Part shown: one piece after another, positions 29,902 to 39,519 of the stretch | How the letters are laid out: each line of letters starts with the position of its first letter | Numbering within the stretch: position 1 is the stretch's first letter | IMG/VR virus record: IMGVR_UViG_3300010885_057925 | Location: 32,001-96,000 of that record | DNA from: a virus | Length of the DNA stretch: 64,000 nucleotides | Reading direction: 5' to 3' (one strand) | Notes under the pieces: generated by a model | Databases searched by the model: none | What the model was told of the DNA's origin: nothing | The model's input: only the letters and a program-made list of their open reading frames with translations | Made by a program: the position numbers and the translations under genes

Positions 29902-30219
29902 TCAGATGTTCTCGATGATCTCGCGGCGAAGCTTCTGAACGGCCTCATTGATCTCTGAAAGCTGATGAGCCAGCTCAGCGCTCTCCTTCTGGAGATTCTT
30001 CATGTGATCAACCTTCGAAGCGATCGTGTTGGCGAGCTCCGAAGCCTGAACTTCCTTCGTACCCTTGGCGACTTTCGCAAGATCATCAGGCTTTCCAGAG
30101 GGCATGCCCTTACGATTGGGGGCGGGCTTCCTGGACTTCTTGCGATCAGCCAGCTTCTTCTTCTCTTCGAGTATGATGCGGCGGAGGAGAGCGGGTGTGA
30201 GATTGACGACCTTAGACAT
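29902..30219 (-). CDS. Small basic coiled-coil head-region protein (105 aa)
   Basis: AAGGAG SD; N-terminal LTPALLRRIILEE. Confidence 0.75.
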   Translation of the reverse strand: MSKVVNLTPALLRRIILEEKKKLADRKKSRKPAPNRKGMPSGKPDDLAKVAKGTKEVQASELANTIASKVDHMKNLQKESAELAHQLSEINEAVQKLRREIIENI

Positions 30220-30252
30220 GATTAACGAACTCCTTGGTTAGGGTATCGTACT

Positions 30253-30259
30253 TAAATAT
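30253..30259 (-). promoter_or_regulatory. Putative late promoter ATANNTA (ATATTTA)
   Basis: 33 nt upstream of the 30219 start. Confidence 0.5.
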
Positions 30260-30278
30260 CAGCTAAATTGTCTTCTGA

Positions 30279-30731
30279 TCACTTTTTTGTCGTCGCGAAT
30301 GCCATGTCGGCCCAATTTCCCGCGCCTTCGAATATCTGCATCGGATCGATGCTGGAGACTGGACCTCCAGCTCCGGGATTTCTCTCTGCTTCCATCATGC
30401 TGGGCAGAGTGTTCTTCATAGTATCTTCAAAAATTGATTGCATCACGCTTCGTTGATTAGGCGGAAACGCTGAGGAAGCTTCGGCAGCGACAGCAGCGTA
30501 TTTCTGTGTTTGTCCCTGAGCGCGAGCAGCGACCTTGGAGACTCCGTCAGAGAACGACATGGAATCAAGATGCTTTTTTCCAGTAGGAAGCGGAGCGGGA
30601 ACTGGATCAGCTCGGCGAGTCGATTCACGAATACCGGGCGTCTTTCTCTCGGGTTGTGAGATTCCTTCCATGAGAATCTCGATCAAGCATTCCTTAACGA
30701 TATCTTTAAGATCAGATCTTGTCAAAGCCAT
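30279..30731 (-). CDS. Hypothetical head-region protein (150 aa)
   Basis: TAATG coupling to the protease gene; N-terminal DLKDIVKECLIEILMEG. Confidence 0.75.
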   Translation of the reverse strand: MALTRSDLKDIVKECLIEILMEGISQPERKTPGIRESTRRADPVPAPLPTGKKHLDSMSFSDGVSKVAARAQGQTQKYAAVAAEASSAFPPNQRSVMQSIFEDTMKNTLPSMMEAERNPGAGGPVSSIDPMQIFEGAGNWADMAFATTKK

Positions 30732-31351
30732 TATTTTTTCCAGGACATTATGTCGTTGAATATTCTATCGATTCTATCGCTACGATTAAATGTTCTGGAA
30801 AGTTCTGATGGAGCAATTTGACGACCCTCGCGCATCATGAAAGCGCCGGGTGTAGAAGGTTCTGAAACGAAGTCCCAGCATATAAGCTGGAAGTCATCCT
30901 GCACTATCTGCTGATCACCCGATTTTTTAGTAGAACCAACGCCTCTGGATGAGATTCCAAGAGTGACCCCACTCTCGACAAGGCTCTGGAGGATCTTACC
31001 CATCGGAGTATCAAGAATCTCAACCGTACCGTAGCAGACCAAGCCGTCCATGTAAGCTTCACGAACGATATGACTCACCTTCTTCAGCTCGACCACGGAC
31101 GAATCAGGGTGATCACACTCGCCCAGAGCCCTGTTTTCGCGAATGAACTTCTGGTAATTGCGAACCTCACGCTCGAGTATCTCACGTGGGTATATTCTTC
31201 CGTTCTGGTTGATCGTTTCAGCCTTCTGGAGAATTCCTTTCATCATAATCTTACCACCGTTCTGCTCGCGATTCTCCTTGATGGACTTCGTGTCATAGGA
31301 AAATGGAGACCACTCGGTTAGAAGCGTCAATGTAGAAGATTTGTCACTCAT
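30731..31351 (-). CDS. gp21: Prohead core protein protease (T4 gp21-like)
   Basis: NQNGRIYP, ALGECDHP (catalytic His), GISSRGVGS (catalytic Ser), WDFVSEPSTPGA. Confidence 0.95.
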   Translation of the reverse strand: MSDKSSTLTLLTEWSPFSYDTKSIKENREQNGGKIMMKGILQKAETINQNGRIYPREILEREVRNYQKFIRENRALGECDHPDSSVVELKKVSHIVREAYMDGLVCYGTVEILDTPMGKILQSLVESGVTLGISSRGVGSTKKSGDQQIVQDDFQLICWDFVSEPSTPGAFMMREGRQIAPSELSRTFNRSDRIDRIFNDIMSWKK

Positions 31352-32180
31352 CTTTTGACTCGAGCTCCTGCTGTAGCTGGGTTAGTTGCATGAACTTTAC
31401 GACAGTATCGTCATCGAGCCGAGTGATGTCTATACCGTTGACTTGCTTGCTTATATCGTCTATTTTCTCAAGAAGAATTGTGCTGTTTGTGTTTTCTTTG
31501 AGTCTTTGAAGGCCTCTGTTAACTCGACGCTTCGTAGATTCTAAGAGTTTAACATCGGTTCTTCCCATCACGTAATCCTTAATGATGGAAGCCTGCTCAT
31601 GCGTTAGCTTTCCCGACCATTTCTTCTCGAACTTCTCTGTCATGAGCTTAACGGACAGAGCGTTAACATTTTCATCCACCATTTCATCAAGATCGGGTGT
31701 GGTGCCCTTATCTTTCTTAAGCCATTCGACCAGCTTGTGCTCATAATCAGTGACTCTCACGAGAGATGCATCGTCCGACTTTCTCCAATCGTTTATTAGA
31801 GTTTGAATCGTAGCATAAAGACGATACTCTTTGACGGGTTGATTGAAAAAATCGACATCATCTAGCGTGTGATTTATCTCGCGAATCAATTTGGATTTCT
31901 CAACGTCTAGCTGCTGCTGCGAGAACATGCGCGCTCCACGACGAGCTTCTTCGAGTATCCTAACTGCAAGCGGCTCAGATCGAGTAGTCGTGTTCAGAAG
32001 AGCTTGAAATAGACGAAACTCACGATACAGCTCGCTCCCGGGCTTGAAATACTTCTTTGTGATTTTCATGCACTGCAGAGCTTTGTCTTCATTGTTCTCT
32101 AGCAAAAACGCAGAAGTACGACGTAGCAACTGCTCATAAATGATGCCCACGTTTCTTTTCTTATTATGCTGATTACTCAT
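31344..32180 (-). CDS. Conserved-type head-assembly region protein between portal and protease (278 aa)
   Basis: Likely start is ATG 32180 (MSNQHNKKRNVG) rather than GTG 32228; helical; overlaps both neighbours. Confidence 0.7.
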   Translation of the reverse strand: MSNQHNKKRNVGIIYEQLLRRTSAFLLENNEDKALQCMKITKKYFKPGSELYREFRLFQALLNTTTRSEPLAVRILEEARRGARMFSQQQLDVEKSKLIREINHTLDDVDFFNQPVKEYRLYATIQTLINDWRKSDDASLVRVTDYEHKLVEWLKKDKGTTPDLDEMVDENVNALSVKLMTEKFEKKWSGKLTHEQASIIKDYVMGRTDVKLLESTKRRVNRGLQRLKENTNSTILLEKIDDISKQVNGIDITRLDDDTVVKFMQLTQLQQELESKDE

Positions 32181-34089
32181 CTGCGCTTCCTGAGTTGATA
32201 ATCGCTTCTGGCGTCTCTGTGAGAACACCGTTGCTCTTCCTATTTATTCTGCTACTCATGTCTTTGAGAGCTGATCCGATCTCCGGAGTCATCTTGGGTC
32301 TGGGGAATTGAGGAGTGTCGTAAAGTTCCTCGACCAAACTTAACGGACGACGGGATTCAAGCTTAGAAGAGTCGCTGAAGTCGACGGAAAGATCGTCTTT
32401 GTTGAACGGATCATTGAACGTGTCCTGAGGGCGGCGGTTACTCAGCATGCCCTCGAAGTCTGTCATTCCAATTGAAGCTGCTGTACGCTTGTCTCTCTTG
32501 GGAGTGTGATCGTTGCCGAACACATTGCGAATCGTCTTCTCGGCTTTAAGAGGAAGATCTTCATTCTCTATTGACATAACGGCTGGTTTTTCGACTCCGG
32601 CAGAGACCAGTTCACCCTCACGTTCGAATCCAGCCGTGATGGCCCCTCCACCGGCGCCACCGCCCCCACCGAGACCACCTGCTCCTTCAGGTCCTGGGAC
32701 TGCCTCAAGCTCAGCGTCCTCGCCCTTGTCCTTCTTACGACCTTCCTTAATCTCATCGATCTCCTCATCGGAAAGACCCATGATATTCTTTCTCACCCAA
32801 CGACGATCGACAATACCTTCAGGCGCCTTACCCGCGATATCAAATCTGGATGATATCAGCTCAAGCTTCTGCTGCTGAGCGATGGTCGACGGGTTGGAGA
32901 GCTTTAAGGTGAAATCAAGAAGCTCTTCTCCTTCATATCCGTGGGAGTAAAGATGAATCATCGCCATCTTGTTAAGCTCAGAAATCACGACCTTCTGGAT
33001 CCTGGAGATCGTTCTTGAGAAACGAATGTCCTCTTGAGCCAGAGTCGCCTTCGCCCCGATATCCTCATCGTATCCAAGGTATGCCTTGGGAATCTTGAGA
33101 GCTGCAAAGAGCTTCTTCTGGATATACTGCACGTCCTCGATGGCCGCAGCGTTCGTGCCGCCGGCCAGCGAGTCTATCTTTGTTCCCGTCTCACCGCCGC
33201 GAACTGGAATGAAGTAGTCCTCGTCAACCGACAACGGGTTGTATCGAAGGTCCATCTTGCCGCTTGATTTATCGACGAGTCGATTACGCTTCAGGCTTGT
33301 CTGAGCCTGCTCCATGAAGTTAGCGACCTCCTCTGGTGGGACGTTACCAACATCGATGTAGAACACTCGTCGTTCAGGAGCACGAACAATACGATACACA
33401 AGCATCGCGTCCTCCATGAGGATCATCTGACGCCAGATTCTACGTGCCGATTCGAGAACTGATGATCCGTAAGGAAGGAAAGCATCGTTAGAAAGCAATC
33501 TGAAGTGTGAGACCTGCCAGTTCTCAAGAACCTGATTCCCTCGGGTGATCCAGCGGAATCGCACAGCCATCGGATCTTTGGGATCGTAGCCCTCTTCACG
33601 CTCCATCTCCGAAATGGGAATCGGATAAGCGTTGATGATGCCATAGTTCGGATGAACGTCGTTGAAGAGGAAAAAATCTCCGTACTTGCAGAGATTTCGA
33701 GTCCACATTGGGAGGTTAAACTCGATGTTCAGCGTGTCGTTGAAAAGAGTCTCAAGCAACTCCTTGATTCTTCTATTCTCGGAATGAATGTGGAGGACAT
33801 GACCGCGCTCATCTTGAGCAACAGTCTCCTCGGCGTAAATGTCAAGGGCTGAGGCTATTTCAGGCGTCGCCTCCATTTCCGAGAAGTCAGAGTATCTCGA
33901 CATTCTGTCGAAAGCTCCGTAAGCAGCGACCGTACTTGAGTAGATGTCGGACTGATTTTTCCTGAACATCTCATACGCTGACGATGCGGTGGGCTCGTGA
34001 TAATCCTTGACTTTTCTACGAATAACGGGCCCAGCTCTGAAGAGCTGAGTAAGACGCTGGAATAAGCTGCGGTTGTCTTTAGCTGCCAT
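32173..34089 (-). CDS. gp20: Portal vertex protein (T4 gp20-like)
   Basis: PEIASALD, MEDAMLVYRIVRAPERRVFYIDVGNVP, EDYFIPVRG, EDVQYIQKKLFAALKIP, DIRFSRTISRIQ. Confidence 0.95.
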   Translation of the reverse strand: MAAKDNRSLFQRLTQLFRAGPVIRRKVKDYHEPTASSAYEMFRKNQSDIYSSTVAAYGAFDRMSRYSDFSEMEATPEIASALDIYAEETVAQDERGHVLHIHSENRRIKELLETLFNDTLNIEFNLPMWTRNLCKYGDFFLFNDVHPNYGIINAYPIPISEMEREEGYDPKDPMAVRFRWITRGNQVLENWQVSHFRLLSNDAFLPYGSSVLESARRIWRQMILMEDAMLVYRIVRAPERRVFYIDVGNVPPEEVANFMEQAQTSLKRNRLVDKSSGKMDLRYNPLSVDEDYFIPVRGGETGTKIDSLAGGTNAAAIEDVQYIQKKLFAALKIPKAYLGYDEDIGAKATLAQEDIRFSRTISRIQKVVISELNKMAMIHLYSHGYEGEELLDFTLKLSNPSTIAQQQKLELISSRFDIAGKAPEGIVDRRWVRKNIMGLSDEEIDEIKEGRKKDKGEDAELEAVPGPEGAGGLGGGGGAGGGAITAGFEREGELVSAGVEKPAVMSIENEDLPLKAEKTIRNVFGNDHTPKRDKRTAASIGMTDFEGMLSNRRPQDTFNDPFNKDDLSVDFSDSSKLESRRPLSLVEELYDTPQFPRPKMTPEIGSALKDMSSRINRKSNGVLTETPEAIINSGSADE

Positions 34090-34103
34090 GATTCATAATC
34101 CTA

Positions 34104-35726
34104 CTATCTTCTCGTCCTACTTAAATCATTTACTAGCCATCCAAATTGCGCGTATGGATTTGAAGAGTTTATTGTTTTTCCTGATGATGGCATCGCCTCG
34201 ACCATAATGGGTGAGAAGGGATTCCTGGGGTGTGGAACGACCGGTTCCATATCGTCTCTGTTACGATTGACAGCAAATGCGGCCAGCATAGCCTTACTCA
34301 TTTCGTGGCTGTGCCGCGAATGATCTTCCGAAGAATCGTAGAGCCACGTTGCGATTGCTAATGAAATGACAAGATCATCGTTATACCCCTTCATGGCTCT
34401 GGGAGTTTGACCGATCCAAGTGAAAGTCTTCAGCTCGTCAAAAAGACGGGTTGATCTAACGCGAAGCTGCTTGTTTCTAAGGACTTCCTCGAGCTTCGTG
34501 AGCATCTTGGTCCTGTTGGAGGCGCCAGTCGTGAAACCGATGTTGGCGATGTCCTCGGACCCAGCGTATGCTCCCATGAACTGGTACTTCTTGTCCTTGT
34601 AATAGAGGTTCGGATACCCAAGCTCTTTCAGCTTCATGCAGACGGCGTACCCGTAGCTGTTGTTTTCGGGGCACAGCAACGCCTTGTTGTACCTCATACC
34701 GATCTCATTCAGGAGGACGGCATACTGGTCGGGAGGAACCTTACCCTTAAACTCACAAACTTGCTCACCCGACGTTATGTCTATAACATGACATGCTGAG
34801 TAATCTGCGCCGTCACCACGAGCAACGTCTGCCGCGATAATGTATTTGTGATCTGTCAGAGCATATCTCCAAACCCAAACTCCCATCTCGGGTCCCCATC
34901 TTTCGATGGGAGTTTGGGTCATTGACATTATATGATCTAGTTCATTCGCGCCAAGGAACGTATCTCCTGATGCAGCAAAGTCGCAGAGGAGCTCCTGGGC
35001 GACTTGCTTTCTGGTCATGTTCTTCGATTCATTCTCGAACCAGACGTCGTCACGCTCGGGATGGACATCCCACATGAGCTTGATCGCGTTGAACTCGTTA
35101 TGACCGCCCTCGGCCTCGGCGTAAATCTTGTGGTACTGGCCACCGACACCGTTCGGAGTCGAGAGAACAATCGCTCGACCGCCGGTCGACAGTGTGGGGT
35201 ATAGACCAGTCCAGAGCTCATCGAAGTTTCCGATGAATGCAGCCTCGTCGACGATCAGCAGCGTAAGAGCTTCTGAACGACCCGCGTCTTCCGAAGTGGG
35301 AATCGCTTTAATGGAAGATCCGTTGCTGAACTCGACCATCTGCTTGGTATCAGACTTCATCGATGGCATGATGAGCCACGAAGGCAGATTCTGCAGCATG
35401 ACCTTCACTTTCTTGATGAAGTTCTGCGCGACCGCGAGCTTTGTAGCGATGATCAGTATCGCCTTGTCCTTGTAGAACAAAGCTAGCCACAGGGCATAAG
35501 CTGCAGCGAGAGTCGAGATGCCGAGCTGCCGCGACTTCAGGATGACGTTGAATCGATGCTCTTCGAACTTATCGAGACACTCATCCTGAAACTTGTATGT
35601 TGTGAACGGAACGGTGCCACGTGTGGGGTGCTGAATCTTGACGTACTTGTTGATGAAGTACGATGAATTCTTCCCGCACGCGATTATCTCGGCCACCTGA
35701 CGGTCTTTCGACAGGACCGCCATCAC
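34104..35726 (-). CDS. gp17: Terminase large subunit (T4 gp17-like)
   Basis: KSRQLGIST, Walker B LLIVDEAA, motif C LSTP, nuclease AADVARG.G.DYS and DDLV; start is GTG 35726 or ATG 35723. Confidence 0.95.
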   Translation of the reverse strand: MMAVLSKDRQVAEIIACGKNSSYFINKYVKIQHPTRGTVPFTTYKFQDECLDKFEEHRFNVILKSRQLGISTLAAAYALWLALFYKDKAILIIATKLAVAQNFIKKVKVMLQNLPSWLIMPSMKSDTKQMVEFSNGSSIKAIPTSEDAGRSEALTLLIVDEAAFIGNFDELWTGLYPTLSTGGRAIVLSTPNGVGGQYHKIYAEAEGGHNEFNAIKLMWDVHPERDDVWFENESKNMTRKQVAQELLCDFAASGDTFLGANELDHIMSMTQTPIERWGPEMGVWVWRYALTDHKYIIAADVARGDGADYSACHVIDITSGEQVCEFKGKVPPDQYAVLLNEIGMRYNKALLCPENNSYGYAVCMKLKELGYPNLYYKDKKYQFMGAYAGSEDIANIGFTTGASNRTKMLTKLEEVLRNKQLRVRSTRLFDELKTFTWIGQTPRAMKGYNDDLVISLAIATWLYDSSEDHSRHSHEMSKAMLAAFAVNRNRDDMEPVVPHPRNPFSPIMVEAMPSSGKTINSSNPYAQFGWLVNDLSRTRR

Positions 35727-36094
35727 ACTACCTGTAGCGTCACCTGACGACGGTAGTAAGCAACACGACGAGGAGAATTATTGGTCGCGACGATCATCTC
35801 CAGAGAATCCTTGTTGGAGGTCTCCTTGAGTCGAAGAGAATCTCCCGTCTCTTCCTTGAAGCTCTTCTTGATATCATCCACACACTTGGTCAGGATCTGG
35901 ATCGACTCGTGGTTTATTCTGGCAACTTGATCACGCAGCGCGCTCTCAGCCGCGAAATGAACGACGGTCATATACTTCAGGGTGATTGCGTCATCGCCTA
36001 GAGAGCACGTAACAGAGTTGGGCATAGAAGAAACGCCCCAACCCTTTTGGGTGATTTGCCCCAACACTCTTAGATGCTTTTCAGTTAGGTTCAC
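35723..36094 (-). CDS. Hypothetical protein immediately upstream of terminase (~123 aa)
   Basis: GAGGAG SD points to GTG 36094 rather than 36109; the stop overlaps the terminase start. Confidence 0.65.
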   Translation of the reverse strand: MNLTEKHLRVLGQITQKGWGVSSMPNSVTCSLGDDAITLKYMTVVHFAAESALRDQVARINHESIQILTKCVDDIKKSFKEETGDSLRLKETSNKDSLEMIVATNNSPRRVAYYRRQVTLQVV

Positions 36095-36109
36095 GATTAA
36101 ACTCCTCAC

Positions 36110-36391
36110 TTAATTATGTCGTCTCGAATGCGCGGACGACAGTCTTTTTATACGTATTGCGTCCAGATCTTTTCCCACAGGACGCCAACCTTCCATCCAG
36201 CGTTCTCGATTTGAGTCAGCCACTTCACTTTCGCAATCAAAGCAACAGCCTGTTCTGCTTATGGACGTGATGTCGATCTCATCTCTAACCACGCAGGTGC
36301 AGAGCGGGCAATCTATGGGCGTCATATCTTTCGCTAAATTACCGCGTTTGATGATGATGAAATCTCCAAAATCTTCATAGTAATTTTTCAA
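36110..36391 (-). CDS. Small Cys-rich putative zinc-finger protein (93 aa)
   Basis: CPLC ... CCFDC, W.EGWRP; TTGA overlap with the SbcDC stop. Confidence 0.7.
   Translation of the reverse strand: MKNYYEDFGDFIIIKRGNLAKDMTPIDCPLCTCVVRDEIDITSISRTGCCFDCESEVADSNRERWMEGWRPVGKDLDAIRIKRLSSAHSRRHN
36111..36117 (-). promoter_or_regulatory. Putative late promoter ATANNTA (ATAATTA) for the packaging operon
   Basis: 16 nt upstream of GTG 36094. Confidence 0.45.
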
Positions 36392-39300
36392 AAGTACCTC
36401 ACGTTAGCGTCGATTCCATCATGGGAAATCTCTATAACATTATCAACAATATCTTTGATACTGTCAACGTGAGAAATCACAAGCATATTCTTAAAATTAC
36501 GCTTAAGCGATGTGAGAAGTCGAGCGCAAGCCTCGAGGTTGGTGTCGTCCAGAGCTCCGAAGCCCTCATCGATGATGAATAGATCGGGCTTGGGAATCGC
36601 CGAGACCTCGATCAGGGCAGTCCTGATAGCCAACGAAGAAATCATCTTCTCCATGCCAGAGGACAGCTCTATTGGACGCTTCGAATCGCCGTAATCGATG
36701 AAGATCTCAAGATCACCATCGTCCTCATTCGCAACCAGCTCAACAATGAAATTGACAACTCCCGTTAGGACCTTCGAAATTTCATTATTGATCCTGGGAA
36801 GCTGAGATGCGATGATCTGCAACGGGATCCCGTCCTTACCAGTTGCAGCCAGGATTGTCTCGTAGATCTTCCAATCCGCCTGCAGCCTCTCGATTCTTTC
36901 GATGTCCTGCTCGAGTCGAGAGATTTCAGATCCGATAGCGCCCAAACGTTGATTGTCTTTGAGCATCTTCTTCGTTGTTTCCTGGATCTTCTTCTCTTCC
37001 TCTTCGATCTCCTGCTGCATCTTCTTGACCTCCTCGAGCGCCGATATCGAGGTTGCTGCCCGAAGCTCCTGCAGCGCCTTTCTCACTCTATCAAGATCCT
37101 TCTTGTGAGAATCGCCCAACGAGCTTAAGCTCTCTGCACGACTCTCGTGAGCTTGCAGTGAAGTCTTCGCTCCTGGAAGCTTGGACTGGAGGCCCGTCAC
37201 TTTCTCAAGTCGATCCTTCGTCTCCTTAAGCGCACCGGCATCAAACGATTGACGCAACTCCTCAAGCGTTGTTGCGATGTCATCGAAAGCTTTCTGCTTC
37301 TGCGGTAGGAGCTCGCGATCCTTATGGGAGTCCTTGATGTACTTGCAGGTCGGGAAAGAGTTTCCACAGGGAACTTCGCCAAGTTTCTTGACGGATCTCT
37401 CAAGGAGCTTGATCCCCTCGGACTCAGTCCTGGATCGAACCTCAACCTCATTTATCTTGCTGGAGATCCGCTCCATTCTCTCAACGTCGCGACGAAGAGC
37501 GTCAATATCGAAACCTGCGATGACGCTCTCGATTTTGTCAAGCTTTGTCTTCAGATCATCTCGCTCCTGGATCGCTGCAGACAGGTCCTTTTCATTCTGC
37601 TGAATCTTCTTCTCGAGACCTACAACTTCAGTTTCGTATCTCTTGATGTCGTCCAGAGTATGAGAAGATCCGGGAGATTCACGCTCAAGGATGGCTCGAA
37701 GCTTCTTGACATGAGCATCAAGAGTCGAGCGTTCGGATTCGAGAATCTCCACCTCAGCGTGAAGTGTTGCCTCCTCCTTCCTCTTGTCGTCGATTGCAGA
37801 TCTGATATTGATCGCTGGCACCCGCTTGAGCTCTGACTTGATTGAGCTCGCGCTCTCCTTGGCCAGGAGGTTCAGAGAGTCAAAGACCTGCAGGTTCAGG
37901 AACTTCGACAGGATATTCTTTCGAGCCGTGGCACGCTCTTTGAGGAAGGCGTTCATCTCGCCCTGGGCAGCGAATGAAGTCAGGAGGAAATCATCCGATG
38001 TTCCGATGAGGGAGCGAAGTGCCTTGTCAGAATCCTTGCGCTGCTCTCCCGAAATATCTTCAATCGGATTACCGTCCTGATCAAGCCTGAACAGGTTAAG
38101 ATGGGTGACAGCATGCTGGATACCAGCCTTCGTCTGGTGCTTTACCGATTGACGCTCCGATAGATAGACATCATTTCCCGACTGGAATTCCACGGATGCC
38201 TTGCAGTAATCCTTCCTCGTGTTGATGATGTGAAGGTTCTTGATCGGACCTCGATCCGTGGTGTTGAACAGCGAGTACATGATGGTTCCGGGAATGGATG
38301 ACTTCCCTTGGGCATTTCGACCAAAGATTCCCGTGATCCCGCTCATATTCTCGAAATCGATCTCGTTCTCCTTCCCGTACGCGTAGGTGTTATCCCAGCG
38401 CAAACGCTTAATGGACCACTTGACGTTGCCCAGACGTTCGTCCTCAGGTAGGGAATCGATCAGCTTCGAGACCGTGGAATCAATCTTCGAGAGAGCACCG
38501 GCGTCAAGACCCTTCGATTCAGCGTACCCCTTGAACAGCCCCTTTATCGTCGCTGGATCTCGCAGATTCTCGCGCGATAGAGATGTCGTGCCAGCACGCA
38601 TGTCCTCCTTCGATTGCTCACCCACGAACTTCCAAACTACCTCGGACGCGCCCCGCTTCTTCTTCAGCTCACCAGCCAGCTGACGAGATTCGGAAATCGC
38701 CACGTTCTCATCATTGAGAATCCTGAACCTGGAGCCCGTTGGGAGCTTCTCACAGACTTGTACGGTGGAAGAGACATCTCCCTGCCACTCGATCGAGTGG
38801 AAAGGCTTGGGGTTCTTGAGCTTGACAAAGTTGACGCGGTACTCGTCACGATTCTTAATCTGCCAGAAGAGGAACCCTTTCTCGATCTCCTCACCGTAGT
38901 TCTGCTGGACGGTTGAACCCGGATAAGCGATCCTAGTGCCTCCATCAAGGAACTGCCGACGGTGAATATCACCGAGAAGTGAGAAATCGTATGGTCTGAA
39001 CATGTCAACTGTCACCTCGCCGTCGATAGGCATTCCAGTATCGAGCAGTGATCCACCCACGGCCCCGTGGTAGAGCGCGATGTTGATCAGATTCGGATCG
39101 CTACTTGGACTGCACTTGCTCCAGTTCTCCTCGTCGAAGCATGAGAAGTTGGCAAAGTTGATACCATCAAGCTCGTAGTTGCCAGAATCCTTGAGAAAGT
39201 GGATGTTATGGTGGTCAAGAGCGGCAACAATCGGTGAGATCGCATCGAGGCGCGACTTGTTGTGGATAAGACCATCATGATTTCCGAGGATAACGACGGT

Positions 39301-39519
39301 AGGCCAGTTGGCCAGCTTCTGAAACCACCAACGGAGGCGATCGACAAGCTCAGGAGTAATGCCCTGCGTCTTCGAATGAACGATGTCTCCGCCCACAACG
39401 ATCATGTTTGGCTGAAGTTCGTCCAGCTTCTTGAAGAAGTCCTCAAAAACTTCAGTGTACTCATCATGACGTTGTAGTCCACGCCAGTGGATGTCGGACA
39501 GGTGTGCGATCTTGATCAA
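36388..39519 (-). CDS. Fused SbcD/Mre11 nuclease - SbcC/Rad50 ATPase (gp47-gp46-like), 1043 aa
   Basis: Metallophosphoesterase motifs HLSDIH, GGDIVH, GNHD, YHG, LGDIH; Walker A GRNAQGKSS, coiled coil, signature SSGMEK, Walker B FIIDEGFGALD, ISH. Confidence 0.92.
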   Translation of the reverse strand: MIKIAHLSDIHWRGLQRHDEYTEVFEDFFKKLDELQPNMIVVGGDIVHSKTQGITPELVDRLRWWFQKLANWPTVVILGNHDGLIHNKSRLDAISPIVAALDHHNIHFLKDSGNYELDGINFANFSCFDEENWSKCSPSSDPNLINIALYHGAVGGSLLDTGMPIDGEVTVDMFRPYDFSLLGDIHRRQFLDGGTRIAYPGSTVQQNYGEEIEKGFLFWQIKNRDEYRVNFVKLKNPKPFHSIEWQGDVSSTVQVCEKLPTGSRFRILNDENVAISESRQLAGELKKKRGASEVVWKFVGEQSKEDMRAGTTSLSRENLRDPATIKGLFKGYAESKGLDAGALSKIDSTVSKLIDSLPEDERLGNVKWSIKRLRWDNTYAYGKENEIDFENMSGITGIFGRNAQGKSSIPGTIMYSLFNTTDRGPIKNLHIINTRKDYCKASVEFQSGNDVYLSERQSVKHQTKAGIQHAVTHLNLFRLDQDGNPIEDISGEQRKDSDKALRSLIGTSDDFLLTSFAAQGEMNAFLKERATARKNILSKFLNLQVFDSLNLLAKESASSIKSELKRVPAINIRSAIDDKRKEEATLHAEVEILESERSTLDAHVKKLRAILERESPGSSHTLDDIKRYETEVVGLEKKIQQNEKDLSAAIQERDDLKTKLDKIESVIAGFDIDALRRDVERMERISSKINEVEVRSRTESEGIKLLERSVKKLGEVPCGNSFPTCKYIKDSHKDRELLPQKQKAFDDIATTLEELRQSFDAGALKETKDRLEKVTGLQSKLPGAKTSLQAHESRAESLSSLGDSHKKDLDRVRKALQELRAATSISALEEVKKMQQEIEEEEKKIQETTKKMLKDNQRLGAIGSEISRLEQDIERIERLQADWKIYETILAATGKDGIPLQIIASQLPRINNEISKVLTGVVNFIVELVANEDDGDLEIFIDYGDSKRPIELSSGMEKMISSLAIRTALIEVSAIPKPDLFIIDEGFGALDDTNLEACARLLTSLKRNFKNMLVISHVDSIKDIVDNVIEISHDGIDANVRYF

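Noticed and set aside
25022-39519. Inteins, introns or homing endonucleases in capsid, portal, terminase or SbcDC
   Set aside because: Motif spacing is continuous, and I saw no intein C1/HN-[CST] junctions or LAGLIDADG/HNH/GIY-YIG motifs.
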